From the NCBI GenBank assembly GCA_038889235.1, contig JAWAHN010000002.1, positions 104,288-168,287 on the forward strand: a stretch of 64,000 bases of DNA, given 5' to 3'. The notes beneath the pieces were generated by a model. The model searched no databases, had not been told where the DNA came from, and worked only from the letters and a program-made list of their open reading frames with translations. Of this stretch, positions 46,225 through 56,795 are shown in pieces. Position numbers and translations under genes: made by a program. The DNA is from Candidatus Jordarchaeales archaeon (GTDB taxonomy: Archaea; Asgardarchaeota; Jordiarchaeia; Jordiarchaeales; Freyrarchaeaceae). Numbering within the stretch: position 1 is the first letter of the stretch; each line of letters opens with the position of its first letter.

Positions 46225-46910
46225 GTCTGACGTGGGAGAAGATTAGGCTTTTCTTATCTCTCATATTGGTATGCGTAGTTATATCGTCTCTCTGTGTCTG
46301 GGTTTACATGTTGCCATCGCCTTCGGCTACGCTGCCAACTGTGCCTTTCGCCCTCTACTATTCAAAGGAGGAGTACACTGTCCAGGAAAATGGTACCGCT
46401 ATGCTTACCGCGTTGTCGTATGCAGCTGTGTGGTTTTCTTCTTACGACGGTTCTTCTCTTACTGTTATGGTGAGAGAAGGGGTAGGCGACATTCAAGCGG
46501 TTGAAATAAACCTTCTTACGGGTGAGACGAACGATTCCGGTAGCGGTATTTGGTGGATTCCTCCAATGAGACTTCTGTTCCCGGTGGTTTCTGTTAATGG
46601 GATTGATTTCGTTGTAGTTGGTAGTTGTGAGGAGTTCGTTAACCAGCTGGCTAGGGAGGCCATTATACTCTTCCATAGTGATGGAGGAAACATTTCCATT
46701 GCCAAGTATAATAAAGAGAGCGGTTTCTTGATTGACTTGAAAGTTAGGCAGGGTGAATCCGTGACTGTTTACCACCTGCAATCCGTCCTTGGCGCTCAGC
46801 TGGGCATTTCCAAATACTACTATTTAAGGGTCATACTCCCTGTCACGCTCATCCCGTCTGTTGCTGCTCTCCTATTATCCATACCGAGGGCCGGGAGGAA
46901 AAGAAGGTGA
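46221..46910 (+). CDS. membrane-anchored hypothetical protein (N- and C-terminal TM)
   Basis: Same architecture as the preceding ORF. Translationally coupled to it and to the ABC ATPase downstream. Confidence 0.45.
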   Translation: MSLTWEKIRLFLSLILVCVVISSLCVWVYMLPSPSATLPTVPFALYYSKEEYTVQENGTAMLTALSYAAVWFSSYDGSSLTVMVREGVGDIQAVEINLLTGETNDSGSGIWWIPPMRLLFPVVSVNGIDFVVVGSCEEFVNQLAREAIILFHSDGGNISIAKYNKESGFLIDLKVRQGESVTVYHLQSVLGAQLGISKYYYLRVILPVTLIPSVAALLLSIPRAGRKRR

Positions 46911-47827
46911 GCGCTATATCGATACGTGGGCTGAGGAAGGTTTTCGGGAGCTTTGTAGCGCTGGACGGCGTTGACCTAGAGGTCCCCGAAGGTGTTTGCT
47001 TCGGGCTTCTAGGTCCTAACGGGGCGGGTAAAACGACGACGATAAAAATAATCCTCGGTTTGTTAGAGCCCAGCGGGGGCGAAGCTAGGGTTTTTGGTGA
47101 AAGGGCCGGAAGTTATGACGTGAGACGAAGGATAGGGTACCTCCCCGAGAGGATAGAATACCACAACCACGTTTTATGCATAGACTTCCTGAAGTACGTG
47201 GGCATTTTGAATCACATGAGGCCGCTTGCCGCTGAGAGGGCTGCGAGGGAGATTCTTGCATGGGTTGGTCTTGAGGGGTGGGAGGAGCAGCCTATAGGAA
47301 CGCTGAGTGCCGGTATGAAGCAGAGACTTGGCTTAGCTCAGGCGTTGATGGGGGATCCAGACCTTTTGATACTTGACGAGCCGACGGTTAACTTGGACCC
47401 TATTGGAAGAAAGGAAATTCTCGACAAGGTGAGGGAGCTTGTCAAGGACGGGAAGACCGTCCTACTGTCGAGCCACATTCTTTCGGAAGTTGAAATGGTG
47501 TGTGACTATGTCGGGATAATCTACAGGGGGCGGACGCTTAGGCAGGGAAAGTTGGAGGAGGTCGTCCAAGAGATAGTTCACGGTAGGTCTGGAAAATACG
47601 AGCTCGTGGTAGATAAGACCGACGAGGTTCTCTCCCTCCTAAGGGAGAAGGGGGTTGAGGCGGCGGTGGAAGGCGGGCGAATAATAATTTCCTCTTCGAA
47701 CATGGATTTCGTTGGAAGGATTATCCCGAAAGTTTTAGCTGAGGCGAATGTGTGCCTAACGAAGTTTGCCCCGATAGGCGGGGCGCTGCAAGAGGTATTC
47801 CTCCAGCTTGTTTCAGAAAACGTTTAA
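46907..47827 (+). CDS. ABC transporter ATP-binding protein
   Basis: Walker A GPNGAGKTTT, signature LSAGMKQRL, Walker B LLILDEPT and an H-loop. Confidence 0.85.
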   Translation: MSAISIRGLRKVFGSFVALDGVDLEVPEGVCFGLLGPNGAGKTTTIKIILGLLEPSGGEARVFGERAGSYDVRRRIGYLPERIEYHNHVLCIDFLKYVGILNHMRPLAAERAAREILAWVGLEGWEEQPIGTLSAGMKQRLGLAQALMGDPDLLILDEPTVNLDPIGRKEILDKVRELVKDGKTVLLSSHILSEVEMVCDYVGIIYRGRTLRQGKLEEVVQEIVHGRSGKYELVVDKTDEVLSLLREKGVEAAVEGGRIIISSSNMDFVGRIIPKVLAEANVCLTKFAPIGGALQEVFLQLVSENV

Positions 47828-48846
47828 TGGTGTGTGAGAAGATGGCGTCTGTCTCCTTAAATAAGGTTCAAGCTGTTGTCTTACAGACGTTGTTCATGAC
47901 ATTAGAAGAGATGAAGGCGCTTTACAAGACGAAGGCGTTCGTGCTGTTTTCGGTCCTCATGCTTCTGCCGATGCAGCTGATCTTAATATCTTACGCTTTA
48001 ACTCAATATCCCAATCTTCTAGCTGAAGTCGAAAAATCGCTTTTCCTAAACGGTTTGCTTGAGAACGGAGCCATTGATGTTTTCAGAGATATATTCTCCT
48101 CGGCCATGGGAGTCCAGACGGTCCAAATGGGCACTATACGTTTCGCTGTAGGTGCCACCGACTACTACCTAAACTTCCCAATAGTCGCCATCGTGGCAAT
48201 CCTTACATGTGGCTTCATAGCGTCTGAGAGGGAAAAGGGGACTTTCCAAGTGTACGTTTCAAAACCAGTCTATAGAACCCAGCTGGTGATATCTAAGTTC
48301 CTTTCATTCTCCTTGGTAAGCTTACTATTGACAGCTCTAACCTACTCTATAGCTTACTTTGCCTACGCCACCTTTCTACTCGCCCCGTTTTCCCTACTTT
48401 CTTTAGGCGTGCAGGAGACCGTGAGCTTATTGTTAACGCTAATATTTTTCACGTGGCTCTTCATACTCGCTGTTGGCTCTATAACTATCTTTTTTTCGTC
48501 GCTCATAGACCGATCCATCATAGCCGGGGTGGCATCCCTCATAATCTTAACGTTGTTATCCATACTTCCAGCTATGCTCATTGTGTTTGGAGGAGCCGGC
48601 CTTTCAACCTATTTAAGGTTCTTTGACATACCTAGCTTGGCTCAGCAATTGATAGACTACTACTCCCTCGGCCCCATCAATTACTATAGGGGTCTCTGGA
48701 ACATCATAACAATGTTCGGATTCTTCTCAGAATTTATCCTTTCCAGACTGGTGGAGCCAGCGACGGCGCTCTCCTCTCTCCTTTTGCTCATAATAGTCCC
48801 ATTGTTGGCAGCATGCATTATAACTGAAAAAAGAGAGGCAGTGTAG
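47827..48846 (+). CDS. ABC-2 type transporter permease
   Basis: About six TM helices. ATG at 47827 overlaps the ATPase stop. The ORF-track start at 47752 is rejected. Confidence 0.65.
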   Translation: MVCEKMASVSLNKVQAVVLQTLFMTLEEMKALYKTKAFVLFSVLMLLPMQLILISYALTQYPNLLAEVEKSLFLNGLLENGAIDVFRDIFSSAMGVQTVQMGTIRFAVGATDYYLNFPIVAIVAILTCGFIASEREKGTFQVYVSKPVYRTQLVISKFLSFSLVSLLLTALTYSIAYFAYATFLLAPFSLLSLGVQETVSLLLTLIFFTWLFILAVGSITIFFSSLIDRSIIAGVASLIILTLLSILPAMLIVFGGAGLSTYLRFFDIPSLAQQLIDYYSLGPINYYRGLWNIITMFGFFSEFILSRLVEPATALSSLLLLIIVPLLAACIITEKREAV

Positions 48847-48929
48847 CTTCCTTAACACCCCCAAGATCAAAAGATTTTTGCCGGCTCACTTTCTTCTATG
48901 TTTCCTGAGGTGGCGCTGGGGGGAATGCT

Positions 48930-50081
48930 TTGAGCTCTGAGTGGAGCCTAGAGAAGCAGCTCGAGAGCATAGCTTCCGAAGTTAGACGCATTGAGAAAGG
49001 AAGAGAGATGTTAGTGAGCGTCTTAAAGCGTTTTAAGAACGAAGAGTTGTTTGACGAGGATTTGAGGAGGTCCTTCGGAGAGCTCGTTGAAAGTAGGCTT
49101 GCCTATCCATCCCCCCCAATAGACCTAACTGGGTTGAAGATTGCCTGTGTTGACGGCGGAATGGTCAGTAGAAGTCTCCGCTTGATAGACATTATCGCCG
49201 TAAGAGCTGTCGCAGTGATATTCAAATATGAGGTTGGAGGCTCCGTCAGCGCCTTCTATTACCCAAGGGAGCATCCTCCACCTAAAATAATCTTCAATGT
49301 TGATCCGTTCTCGCAGGCCGACTTTGATGTTTCAGCGGGACTTGAAAGACTTTCGCACGAGCTAGACGTGGCTATCAATGTTCAGAAAGAGTACAGCATA
49401 GATCTGCTTCTTATGGATGGAAGCCTACTCCCACAAGCAAGCGATAAACCCTACACCCCTGAACTCGAAGCAAAGTATCTGAAAGTTGTGAAGCTTTTTG
49501 AAAGGCTGTACAGTGTTTGCATTAAAAACGGCGTTTCACTCGCAGGCGTTATCAAGGACACTCGAAGCACGCGCTTCGTTCAACTTTTATCAAGCATTAT
49601 ACCTGTCCTAGTGGAAAGAAACCCGTCACTTAGGGAAATCTTGTCTTTCGACTACCGATCCTCTATCCGGAGCTTAACGGACTCGGAGCTCTTGTTCAGG
49701 TTGTTAGACAAAGGTGAGAGAAGTATGATTTTACGTTACTCTGACAACCCATGCGCTCACCCGGTCCTAAAGGATCTAAGCAGAGAGTGGCGCGACAAGT
49801 TCTATATAATGTATCTTAAGCCAGCGGAGCTAGACCATCCGTTAAGGGTTGAATACCTCGCCATGGGAAACCCCACTAGCGAGGCTAGGAAAGTAGCGTC
49901 TGCCGTGATGGCCCTCTCTATGTACCATCCCGAGCACGCCCTACCCTCAGTCCAGCTTGAGGCTCATGTGCAAGCAAAACTCGCCGAAAGAGAGGTAGAT
50001 TTTATTTGCGACCAGCTAGCCCACAAGATAGGCGTCCCACCCAGCTTTTTAAGGACAAGAGATAAACTATTCCTTACATAA
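48930..50081 (+). CDS. nurA: DNA end-resection nuclease NurA
   Basis: IACVDGGMVSRS catalytic Asp motif in an RNase H-like NurA domain. Lies immediately upstream of herA. Confidence 0.7.
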   Translation: MSSEWSLEKQLESIASEVRRIEKGREMLVSVLKRFKNEELFDEDLRRSFGELVESRLAYPSPPIDLTGLKIACVDGGMVSRSLRLIDIIAVRAVAVIFKYEVGGSVSAFYYPREHPPPKIIFNVDPFSQADFDVSAGLERLSHELDVAINVQKEYSIDLLLMDGSLLPQASDKPYTPELEAKYLKVVKLFERLYSVCIKNGVSLAGVIKDTRSTRFVQLLSSIIPVLVERNPSLREILSFDYRSSIRSLTDSELLFRLLDKGERSMILRYSDNPCAHPVLKDLSREWRDKFYIMYLKPAELDHPLRVEYLAMGNPTSEARKVASAVMALSMYHPEHALPSVQLEAHVQAKLAEREVDFICDQLAHKIGVPPSFLRTRDKLFLT

Positions 50082-50095
50082 AGGGGCGGTTAAGA

Positions 50096-51607
50096 ATGAA
50101 ATCTATCGGTACAATAATCTGTGACGACCATGGTCCGACGACTTCCGAGTTTACATTCGTCGTTACGTCCTCCGAAACCGTCCCTGTGAGACGAGGCCAG
50201 ATGGTTCAAGTTGAGACAGAGGAGGGGTTAATGCTAGCTGTTGTCCAAGAAGTTGTCAAGACGAACCGCTTCTACTATCATGCTGAAGCAGTCAAAGAGC
50301 TTGAGAAGAGTGGGAGAACTCTTTCGTCAATTTTCCCGTGTGATAGATGGGATATGTTGATTGCGACAGCTAAGCCCTTGGGAGTACTCAAAGGGGGGTT
50401 ATTTGACAAAATAACGTTCCCCCCTTCACCGGGAGATAAGGTTTACCTTGCGGAAAGAGAGGTTCTCTCTAAGTTTTTCGGGTTTGACGAGGAAAACGGC
50501 TTGGAAATAGGGTTTATGAAGTTTCACAACGTTCCAGTTAAACTTAATATGACGCGGCTGCTACAAAAACATCTGGCCATCCTCGCCATGAGTGGCTCAG
50601 GAAAATCCTATCTCGCCACAGTACTCATAGAAGAAATACTTTCGAGGAAAAAAGAGGAAGGAAGGATATTTGTTCTAGTGGTTGACGTTCACGGCGAGTA
50701 CGTAGCACTTTCACAAGACGAAAGCTGGGGGCTAGCGCACGCGGTAACCGTAGTAAAGGGGCCGTACGTTCAGTTTGCCACACCACTTCTCACTGAAAGA
50801 CACTTGGGAATGTTCCAGCCGGAAATGAGCCCCGTACAAATGCGTGAACTTGGTCGGCTTCTTTCAGAGGTGAGGAAGGACAAGGGCTTTGCTTACTCTC
50901 TTTCAGACGTCATATCTTTCATAGAGAAAGATGAGAGGATGAATCCTAGAACTAAGGAAGCCTTGCTAGGCTGGCTTTACGAACTGGAAGACACACAGCT
51001 TTTTGGAGTGGAAGAAAACCCACACCTACCAGAAATAGCTAAGCCCGGGAGGGCGGCTGTGCTAGACTTGAGCGAAACTCTAAGCTTGAGAAAGAAGCAG
51101 ATGATTGTCGCGTACGTTCTTCAACGCTTGTTCGACTTGAGAAGGCGCAACCTAATCCCTCCAACCCTAATAGTACTCGAGGAAGCTCACCAGTTCTGCC
51201 CAGAAGCAAAGCAGGAACTAGCCATTTCGAAAAGCGTTATCGAAACTATAGCGAGGGAGGGAAGGAAGTTCTACTGCTCACTGTGTCTAATCTCCCAGCG
51301 TCCGGTAAGACTCGCGACAAGTGTACTCAGCCAGGCTAACACGCACATAATTCTGCGGATAACGAACCCAAACGACCTGAGAGCCATAGAGCTCTCCTCT
51401 GAAATGATCACCCGCGAAGTACTCGGCATGATAGCAGAGCTCCCTGTAGGCGAAGCCTTGATAGTGGGCAGCGCAGTAAATGCCCCCCTTTTCTTAAAAG
51501 TTAGAAAAAAGAAGTCGTCTCTCTCAGTCTACGAGGAATCCATGGAAGAAGCGGCTAAAAGGTTTGAGCAAGGTGAAGTCAACCACCCCTATACTAGTGC
51601 CACATGA
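50096..51607 (+). CDS. herA: bipolar DNA helicase HerA (FtsK/VirB4-like ATPase)
   Basis: N-terminal HAS-barrel, Walker A AILAMSGSGKSY and Walker B VLVVDVH/EEAH. Confidence 0.85.
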   Translation: MKSIGTIICDDHGPTTSEFTFVVTSSETVPVRRGQMVQVETEEGLMLAVVQEVVKTNRFYYHAEAVKELEKSGRTLSSIFPCDRWDMLIATAKPLGVLKGGLFDKITFPPSPGDKVYLAEREVLSKFFGFDEENGLEIGFMKFHNVPVKLNMTRLLQKHLAILAMSGSGKSYLATVLIEEILSRKKEEGRIFVLVVDVHGEYVALSQDESWGLAHAVTVVKGPYVQFATPLLTERHLGMFQPEMSPVQMRELGRLLSEVRKDKGFAYSLSDVISFIEKDERMNPRTKEALLGWLYELEDTQLFGVEENPHLPEIAKPGRAAVLDLSETLSLRKKQMIVAYVLQRLFDLRRRNLIPPTLIVLEEAHQFCPEAKQELAISKSVIETIAREGRKFYCSLCLISQRPVRLATSVLSQANTHIILRITNPNDLRAIELSSEMITREVLGMIAELPVGEALIVGSAVNAPLFLKVRKKKSSLSVYEESMEEAAKRFEQGEVNHPYTSAT

Positions 51608-51611
51608 ATGT

Positions 51612-51896
51612 TCATATGATTATCACTATGCGCCGCACAGCGGGTTCGCATATTTTCTTAACGCCGTGCTGTCCCGGAGCATAGTAGCTTTTTACTAACC
51701 CGGCCTTTTCTAGTATTTTTATTTGAGCAGAGATGTTAGCCTCAGTTTGGTTAAGAGTTTCGGCTATCCTACTTACATCCATTTTTTTGTCGCGGAGAAG
51801 TCTTAGTATCTCTAACCTTGTCTCGGACGAGAGTGCTTTAGCTACTATCGTAACGTTTTTATCGCTCACTACTAGCTCCTCTTCGCTTCCTTCCAT
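51612..51896 (-). CDS. ArsR/SmtB-like winged-helix transcriptional regulator
   Basis: 94 aa. LSSETRLEILRLLRDKKMDVSRIAETLNQTEANISAQIKILEKAGLV HTH. Confidence 0.7.
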   Translation of the reverse strand: MEGSEEELVVSDKNVTIVAKALSSETRLEILRLLRDKKMDVSRIAETLNQTEANISAQIKILEKAGLVKSYYAPGQHGVKKICEPAVRRIVIII

Positions 51897-52081
51897 TTTC
51901 GGAGCTGCCTCCTTTCACCAGAATATGGTGTGAGTAACATGAAAAGCGAGTCGCTAATCTCTTATAAGCTTTTCTATTCAAATAAGCAAAAGGTTTAATC
52001 ATAGTATTGAAAGCATTTCAAATTGCAATTGAGTAAGAAAAAATAAAAGTCTCTGAAATGTAGAGAGGGCTAGGTGACTAG

Positions 52082-52960
52082 ATGAAGTGGCTTGCAAGAA
52101 AACTCCACGACCTCAAAGCGGATGACTACAAGGTTCTAGGCGCCCTTGAAAGGGGAATGAAGATGTATGAATTCGTCCCAGTAGACGTAATTACTCGGCT
52201 TTCATCCCTTCATGAGGGGAGAGTGTTGAACATTCTTAGCAAGCTACACGAGTTCAAATTGGTTGTAAGGCAGGTGGGCGACTATGTCGGGTACAGGTTG
52301 ACGGTTCACGGCTTCGACGCCCTCGCTCTAAACGTGCTGGTTAACTTAGGGGTGATAGAATACATCGGCTCTAAACTTGGTGTAGGCAAAGAATCCGACA
52401 TTTACGAGGCTCTCACACCCTCTGGCAGGCGTGTTGCCATAAAGGCTCACAGAATCGGGAGAACAAGTTTTACAAAGGCGAAGAGAGTTCGAAGTTACAT
52501 TAAGGGCAAGATCACCCAGTCAGGGTGGTTTTCTGCTTCATGCAGATCGGCGGAAAGAGAGTACTTTGCCCTTAAAACCCTTCATCCCAATGGTGTTGCT
52601 GTACCAGAACCGATCGGCTTTAACCGGCACATCGTAGTAATGGAGCTCATAGACGGAGACGAATTGGTTAAGTACAAGTTTCTACCAGAACCCGACGATC
52701 TTCTAGAGTCAATAATCGAGAACATAAAGCTAGCCTATGAGTGTGGGATAGTTCACGGAGATCTGAGCGAGTACAACGTGATTGTAACTCCAGAGTTGGA
52801 CGTCTTCCTAATTGACTGGCCTCAATTCGTACCTATCAACCATCCTTCAGCACAATACCTGCTCGAAAGAGACGTCTACAACGTCTTACGGTTCTTCGAA
52901 AGAAAGTTCAATGTTCGGTTAAACTTATCGGAAACCCTTGACTATATTACTAAGGGGTAG
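52082..52960 (+). CDS. rio2: RIO-type serine/threonine protein kinase Rio2
   Basis: N-terminal winged helix. Kinase motifs GVGKESDIY, a catalytic-loop K, and HGDLSEYNV. Confidence 0.8.
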   Translation: MKWLARKLHDLKADDYKVLGALERGMKMYEFVPVDVITRLSSLHEGRVLNILSKLHEFKLVVRQVGDYVGYRLTVHGFDALALNVLVNLGVIEYIGSKLGVGKESDIYEALTPSGRRVAIKAHRIGRTSFTKAKRVRSYIKGKITQSGWFSASCRSAEREYFALKTLHPNGVAVPEPIGFNRHIVVMELIDGDELVKYKFLPEPDDLLESIIENIKLAYECGIVHGDLSEYNVIVTPELDVFLIDWPQFVPINHPSAQYLLERDVYNVLRFFERKFNVRLNLSETLDYITKG

Positions 52961-55016
52961 TCAGAGCAGTCGGCTGGGTCAAAAGATGGAAGCCCCTAAG
53001 AGAGTGCTTGGCGTCGACATACTTCCATCAAGCTCCCCGTCGTCTAAAACCCCCCCAAAGTATGCTGCGTTCCTACTGGAAGACGAGAAAAGCTATGTTT
53101 ACGAGTGTCTTAGCAAGCGTGAGCTACTATCCCTCATAAACTTCGTAAAACCAGACATAGTGGCGTTAGATAACGTGTTTGAGCTCGCCTCTAACCAGGA
53201 GGGGATAATCTCCTTTCTGGCTAGCTGCCCTCCCACTACAAAGCTCGTGCAAGTGACCGGCTCCCCTGTTAGTGGTACTACGCCTCTTTCGGTGCTCGCA
53301 TCCCAAAACGGCATTAAGGTCGAAAGCTTTTCACCCGTCAAAACCGCTGAAGTGTGCGCTAGGCTGGCGGCCAGTGGTGTAGGATACGCTGTACGTGTTT
53401 TTAGAGACGAAACGCGGATAATAATTGCCAGGGGGCGCTGCCCGGGCCATGGAGGCTGGAGCTCAGAGAGATTTAGAAGACGCGTGTATAACTTGATACT
53501 TCAGACAACCAAGGAAATACAGAGGAGACTCGACGAAGCGGGAATAGAATACGAGTTGCACGTAGAGAGGGTCGATGGTGGGGCTAAACGCAGTAAGTTC
53601 ATCGTTTACGCTGAAAGAAGTATTGTAAGCCGGCTGGTTAAACCATATAGGGGGGACGTGATCGTAGCTATTCAACCCGTGTTACTCGAGCATCTAGAAT
53701 GGATACCCCTTACTCAGGGAAGTTTAACCGCAGTTACGCCGAAGAAGGGGCTAATTGTGGGCATAGACCCGGGGGTTACATGTGGCGTCGCCATATTAGA
53801 CCTCAACGGCAACCTTATTCTCCTGGAAAGCGAAAAAGATCTATCCAGAACAGCCCTCGTCAGGAAACTTACCTCTTTCGGTATACCTATTTTGCTCGCC
53901 TCAGACGTAAACCCGCCTCCGAGCTTTCTCGAAAAGTTGGCTGGCATACTCAACTCAAGACTATTTTACCCGCCAAGGAGCCTTACAGTCTCGGAGAAAA
54001 GGGAACTCGTGCAAAAGTTTGTTGAAGAAAAGCGTGTTAAAGTTCAAGACTCGCACCAGCGCGACGCCCTAGCCTCAGCCCTCAAGGCTTTCTACACGTT
54101 CAAGAACAAATTCGAGAAAGTTGAAGCTAAAGCTAGATCCCTAGGCTACCCTATCTCACCTGACCAATTGAAAATAATGGTTTTAAAGGGTCTGTCGCTT
54201 TCGGAGGCAATAAACATGCTTTCATCTTCAAAGGCGAAGGAGGAGACTGTTGAGGAGAAAAAAGTTCAGCCGGAACCAGACCTAAGTGTTCTGATCAACA
54301 AGTTGGAATCATATAGGGTTAAACTCAGGAGGATGAGGAGAAGTCTAATTCGCATCAAAGAGCTAAACACTTCTCTCGTCGCTGAGAAACAAAAGCTGGA
54401 AAACGAGCTTCAACGCCTCCGAGAGCTCTTAGAGAACGTTGACGTTAAAACTAGGTCTGAAGATGTGGAGAGAGTTGTGGAACGCTACAAAGAGGAGATT
54501 AAGATACTTAAAAATGAGATTTTGAAGCTGAAAGAGGAACTTTCAGCTGCACGCCACCAAATTGCAAACCTGAAAAGGATGAGAATTATGGAAATAAGGG
54601 GAGTAGTTTACCCCCTTAAGGTTGTAAGGAGTTTCACTCCGAACGAGATCCGTAGAACGGAGGAAACCGTTGGAATAAACAAAGGAGACATAATCCTCTT
54701 ACTGGATGGAAGCGGAGGCGGGAAGGCTACCGCGAACATGCTGATAGAAAAAGGAATCAAAGCCGTCATTTCCAAGACCGCGATGTCGCACCTAGCTCTT
54801 GAAGCCTTCCTCGAAGCAAACATACCCGTCTTTTTCTCGGACGAAGTTCCTGTTAAGGAAATTGACGACTTCGCCGTAGTAGATAAAAAGGAATTCGACT
54901 CCCTCCTTTCAAACTACCTTAGGGAGAAGGAGAGGATCGAGTTAGAAGAACAGAAGAGGAAGCTGGAGGAACTGCTTAAATCTTACAGAGCTGAAAGAGA
55001 GCAGGAGTTAAACTAA
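52938..55016 (+). CDS. conserved archaeal protein with two RuvC/YqgF-like RNase H-fold segments and C-terminal coiled coil (COG2433/DUF460-like predicted nuclease)
   Basis: VLGVDILPSS...AFLLEDEK and LIVGIDPGVTCGVAILDLNGN resemble resolvase-like Asp motifs. The C-terminal half is Lys/Glu-rich coiled coil. The start is probably MEAPKRV (about 52986). Confidence 0.5.
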   Translation: MTILLRGSQSSRLGQKMEAPKRVLGVDILPSSSPSSKTPPKYAAFLLEDEKSYVYECLSKRELLSLINFVKPDIVALDNVFELASNQEGIISFLASCPPTTKLVQVTGSPVSGTTPLSVLASQNGIKVESFSPVKTAEVCARLAASGVGYAVRVFRDETRIIIARGRCPGHGGWSSERFRRRVYNLILQTTKEIQRRLDEAGIEYELHVERVDGGAKRSKFIVYAERSIVSRLVKPYRGDVIVAIQPVLLEHLEWIPLTQGSLTAVTPKKGLIVGIDPGVTCGVAILDLNGNLILLESEKDLSRTALVRKLTSFGIPILLASDVNPPPSFLEKLAGILNSRLFYPPRSLTVSEKRELVQKFVEEKRVKVQDSHQRDALASALKAFYTFKNKFEKVEAKARSLGYPISPDQLKIMVLKGLSLSEAINMLSSSKAKEETVEEKKVQPEPDLSVLINKLESYRVKLRRMRRSLIRIKELNTSLVAEKQKLENELQRLRELLENVDVKTRSEDVERVVERYKEEIKILKNEILKLKEELSAARHQIANLKRMRIMEIRGVVYPLKVVRSFTPNEIRRTEETVGINKGDIILLLDGSGGGKATANMLIEKGIKAVISKTAMSHLALEAFLEANIPVFFSDEVPVKEIDDFAVVDKKEFDSLLSNYLREKERIELEEQKRKLEELLKSYRAEREQELN

Positions 55017-55039
55017 ACCCCAGCTCTAAAAAGTCGCGC

Positions 55040-55306
55040 CTACTTCTTCTCCTTCTCCTCCTTCTGGGGGATTTCCTCTGTCAAATCAGGCTTTATGAAG
55101 AGTATGTTATTCCCCCTTATGAATACCTCCCCATACCTAGCTATTGGTCCATCTTCATCCAGTTCCTCGGCATTAGTTAGACATAGGTTCATGTACGAAT
55201 CTATGTGTGAAAGCCTTCCTTGAATCGTTCTACCATCTTTCAACTTCACTAGAATCAAGTTGTTAATAGCTTTTTGCAGAACAGCTAGAGGCTGGCTTCC
55301 AGACAT
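55040..55306 (-). CDS. Sm-like archaeal protein (LSm)
   Basis: Sm1/Sm2 motifs LNNLILVKLKDGRTIQGRL...IRGNNILFI. Confidence 0.75.
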   Translation of the reverse strand: MSGSQPLAVLQKAINNLILVKLKDGRTIQGRLSHIDSYMNLCLTNAEELDEDGPIARYGEVFIRGNNILFIKPDLTEEIPQKEEKEKK

Positions 55307-55490
55307 GATATTTCATCCTCACCTTGTTGTTTTCACTGAAAGAGAGAGAAACCCCTTTCCATTTAAAAAAGTTGCTCTTCTCAGCAGGGCTTAGCAAACC
55401 TTTTCCAGTGTTTTTAAGTTAAACTTTTAAGTTATGACTGCTAAGTATGCATGATTAATTGTACCTCCTGTTTTTTGGGGGACAGCAACT

Positions 55491-56795
55491 TTGGCAACTA
55501 GAATGGAAGAAGCAAGCAGACTCTCACTGACCGAGGAAATTAAAGCCGTCGCTGAAGAAGAAGGAATACCGCCGGAGAAGGTTGCGAGGAGACTTGGAAG
55601 AGGAGAAGTAGTTATAGTTAGGAATGTTGTACGAGAAGTGAAGCCGCTAGGTATAGGAAAAGGATTAAGGACTAAAATTAATGCCAACATAGGGACCTCT
55701 TCTGAAGTTTGTGACGTCGAATTAGAGCTCAGGAAGGCGTTTATAGCAATAAGGTATGGTGCTGACACGATAATGGACCTTAGCACCGGAGGGGACTTGG
55801 ACACTATAAGGAGGCGTATCTTAAAGTCGGTTAACGTCCCCGTAGGCACAGTCCCCATATACCAGGCAGGCATCGAAGCTGCAAGGAAAAAAGGCGCAAT
55901 AATCGATATGGATGAAGATGATATGTTCAACGCGATCGAAAAACACGCTAAGGATGGTGTAGATTTCGTCACCGTTCACGTCGGTGTGACAAAGGAGAAC
56001 GTGAAAAAACTTGTTGAAAGCAAACGAATAATCCCCATGGTGAGCAGAGGAGGAACTTTCCACGCAGCCTGGATATTACACCACGACAAAGAGAACCCGC
56101 TTTACGAGAACTTCGACTACCTGCTTGAAATAGCCAGACAGTATGACATGACTCTAAGCCTAGGAGACGGTCTAAGACCTGGGTGCATCCATGACGCCAC
56201 AGATGTGCTTCAAATATCTGAGCTCGTGACGATAAGCCGCTTAGTTGAAAGAGCCAGAGAAAAGGGTGTGCAGGTGATCGTTGAAGGTCCCGGACACGTG
56301 CCTATAAATGAAATTGCAGCGAACATAAGGCTGCAGAAATCCATGTGCAAGAATGCCCCCTTCTATGTCCTCGGTCCACTAGTAACAGATATTGCCCCAG
56401 GATACGATCACATCGTAGGTGCCATAGGGGGTGCTATAGCCGCTCTTGAAGGAGCGGACTTCCTTTGTTACGTTACTCCCGCAGAACATTTACGCCTGCC
56501 CGGAGAAGAGGATGTGAAACTTGGCGTTATAGCAGCGAAGATAGCTGCTCACGTCGCCGACATAGCTAAGCTTGGCCAAAGAGCGGCTAAGTGGGATGAC
56601 GAAATGGCGAAGGCCAGAGTTAGCCTTGACTGGGGGAAGCAGTTTAGTCTAGCAATAGACCCCGAGAAAGCGAGGGCCTACCATGAACAAGGCACTACAA
56701 GAAAGACCGCATGTACCATGTGCGGGGAATATTGTGCAATGAAACTCATATCCGAAGCTTTGGGGCGAAAAGACTTTTCCCGGCTTACCTGTTAA
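55491..56795 (+). CDS. thiC: phosphomethylpyrimidine synthase ThiC
   Basis: 434 aa. The radical-SAM-like C-terminal CTMCGEYCAMK Cys motif and the conserved ThiC core. Confidence 0.9.
   Translation: MATRMEEASRLSLTEEIKAVAEEEGIPPEKVARRLGRGEVVIVRNVVREVKPLGIGKGLRTKINANIGTSSEVCDVELELRKAFIAIRYGADTIMDLSTGGDLDTIRRRILKSVNVPVGTVPIYQAGIEAARKKGAIIDMDEDDMFNAIEKHAKDGVDFVTVHVGVTKENVKKLVESKRIIPMVSRGGTFHAAWILHHDKENPLYENFDYLLEIARQYDMTLSLGDGLRPGCIHDATDVLQISELVTISRLVERAREKGVQVIVEGPGHVPINEIAANIRLQKSMCKNAPFYVLGPLVTDIAPGYDHIVGAIGGAIAALEGADFLCYVTPAEHLRLPGEEDVKLGVIAAKIAAHVADIAKLGQRAAKWDDEMAKARVSLDWGKQFSLAIDPEKARAYHEQGTTRKTACTMCGEYCAMKLISEALGRKDFSRLTC

Noticed and set aside
47752-47826. Permease ORF start overlapping the ABC ATPase by 75 nt.
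   Set aside because: The ATG at 47827 overlaps the ATPase stop in the usual coupled arrangement, and the extension has no hydrophobic character.
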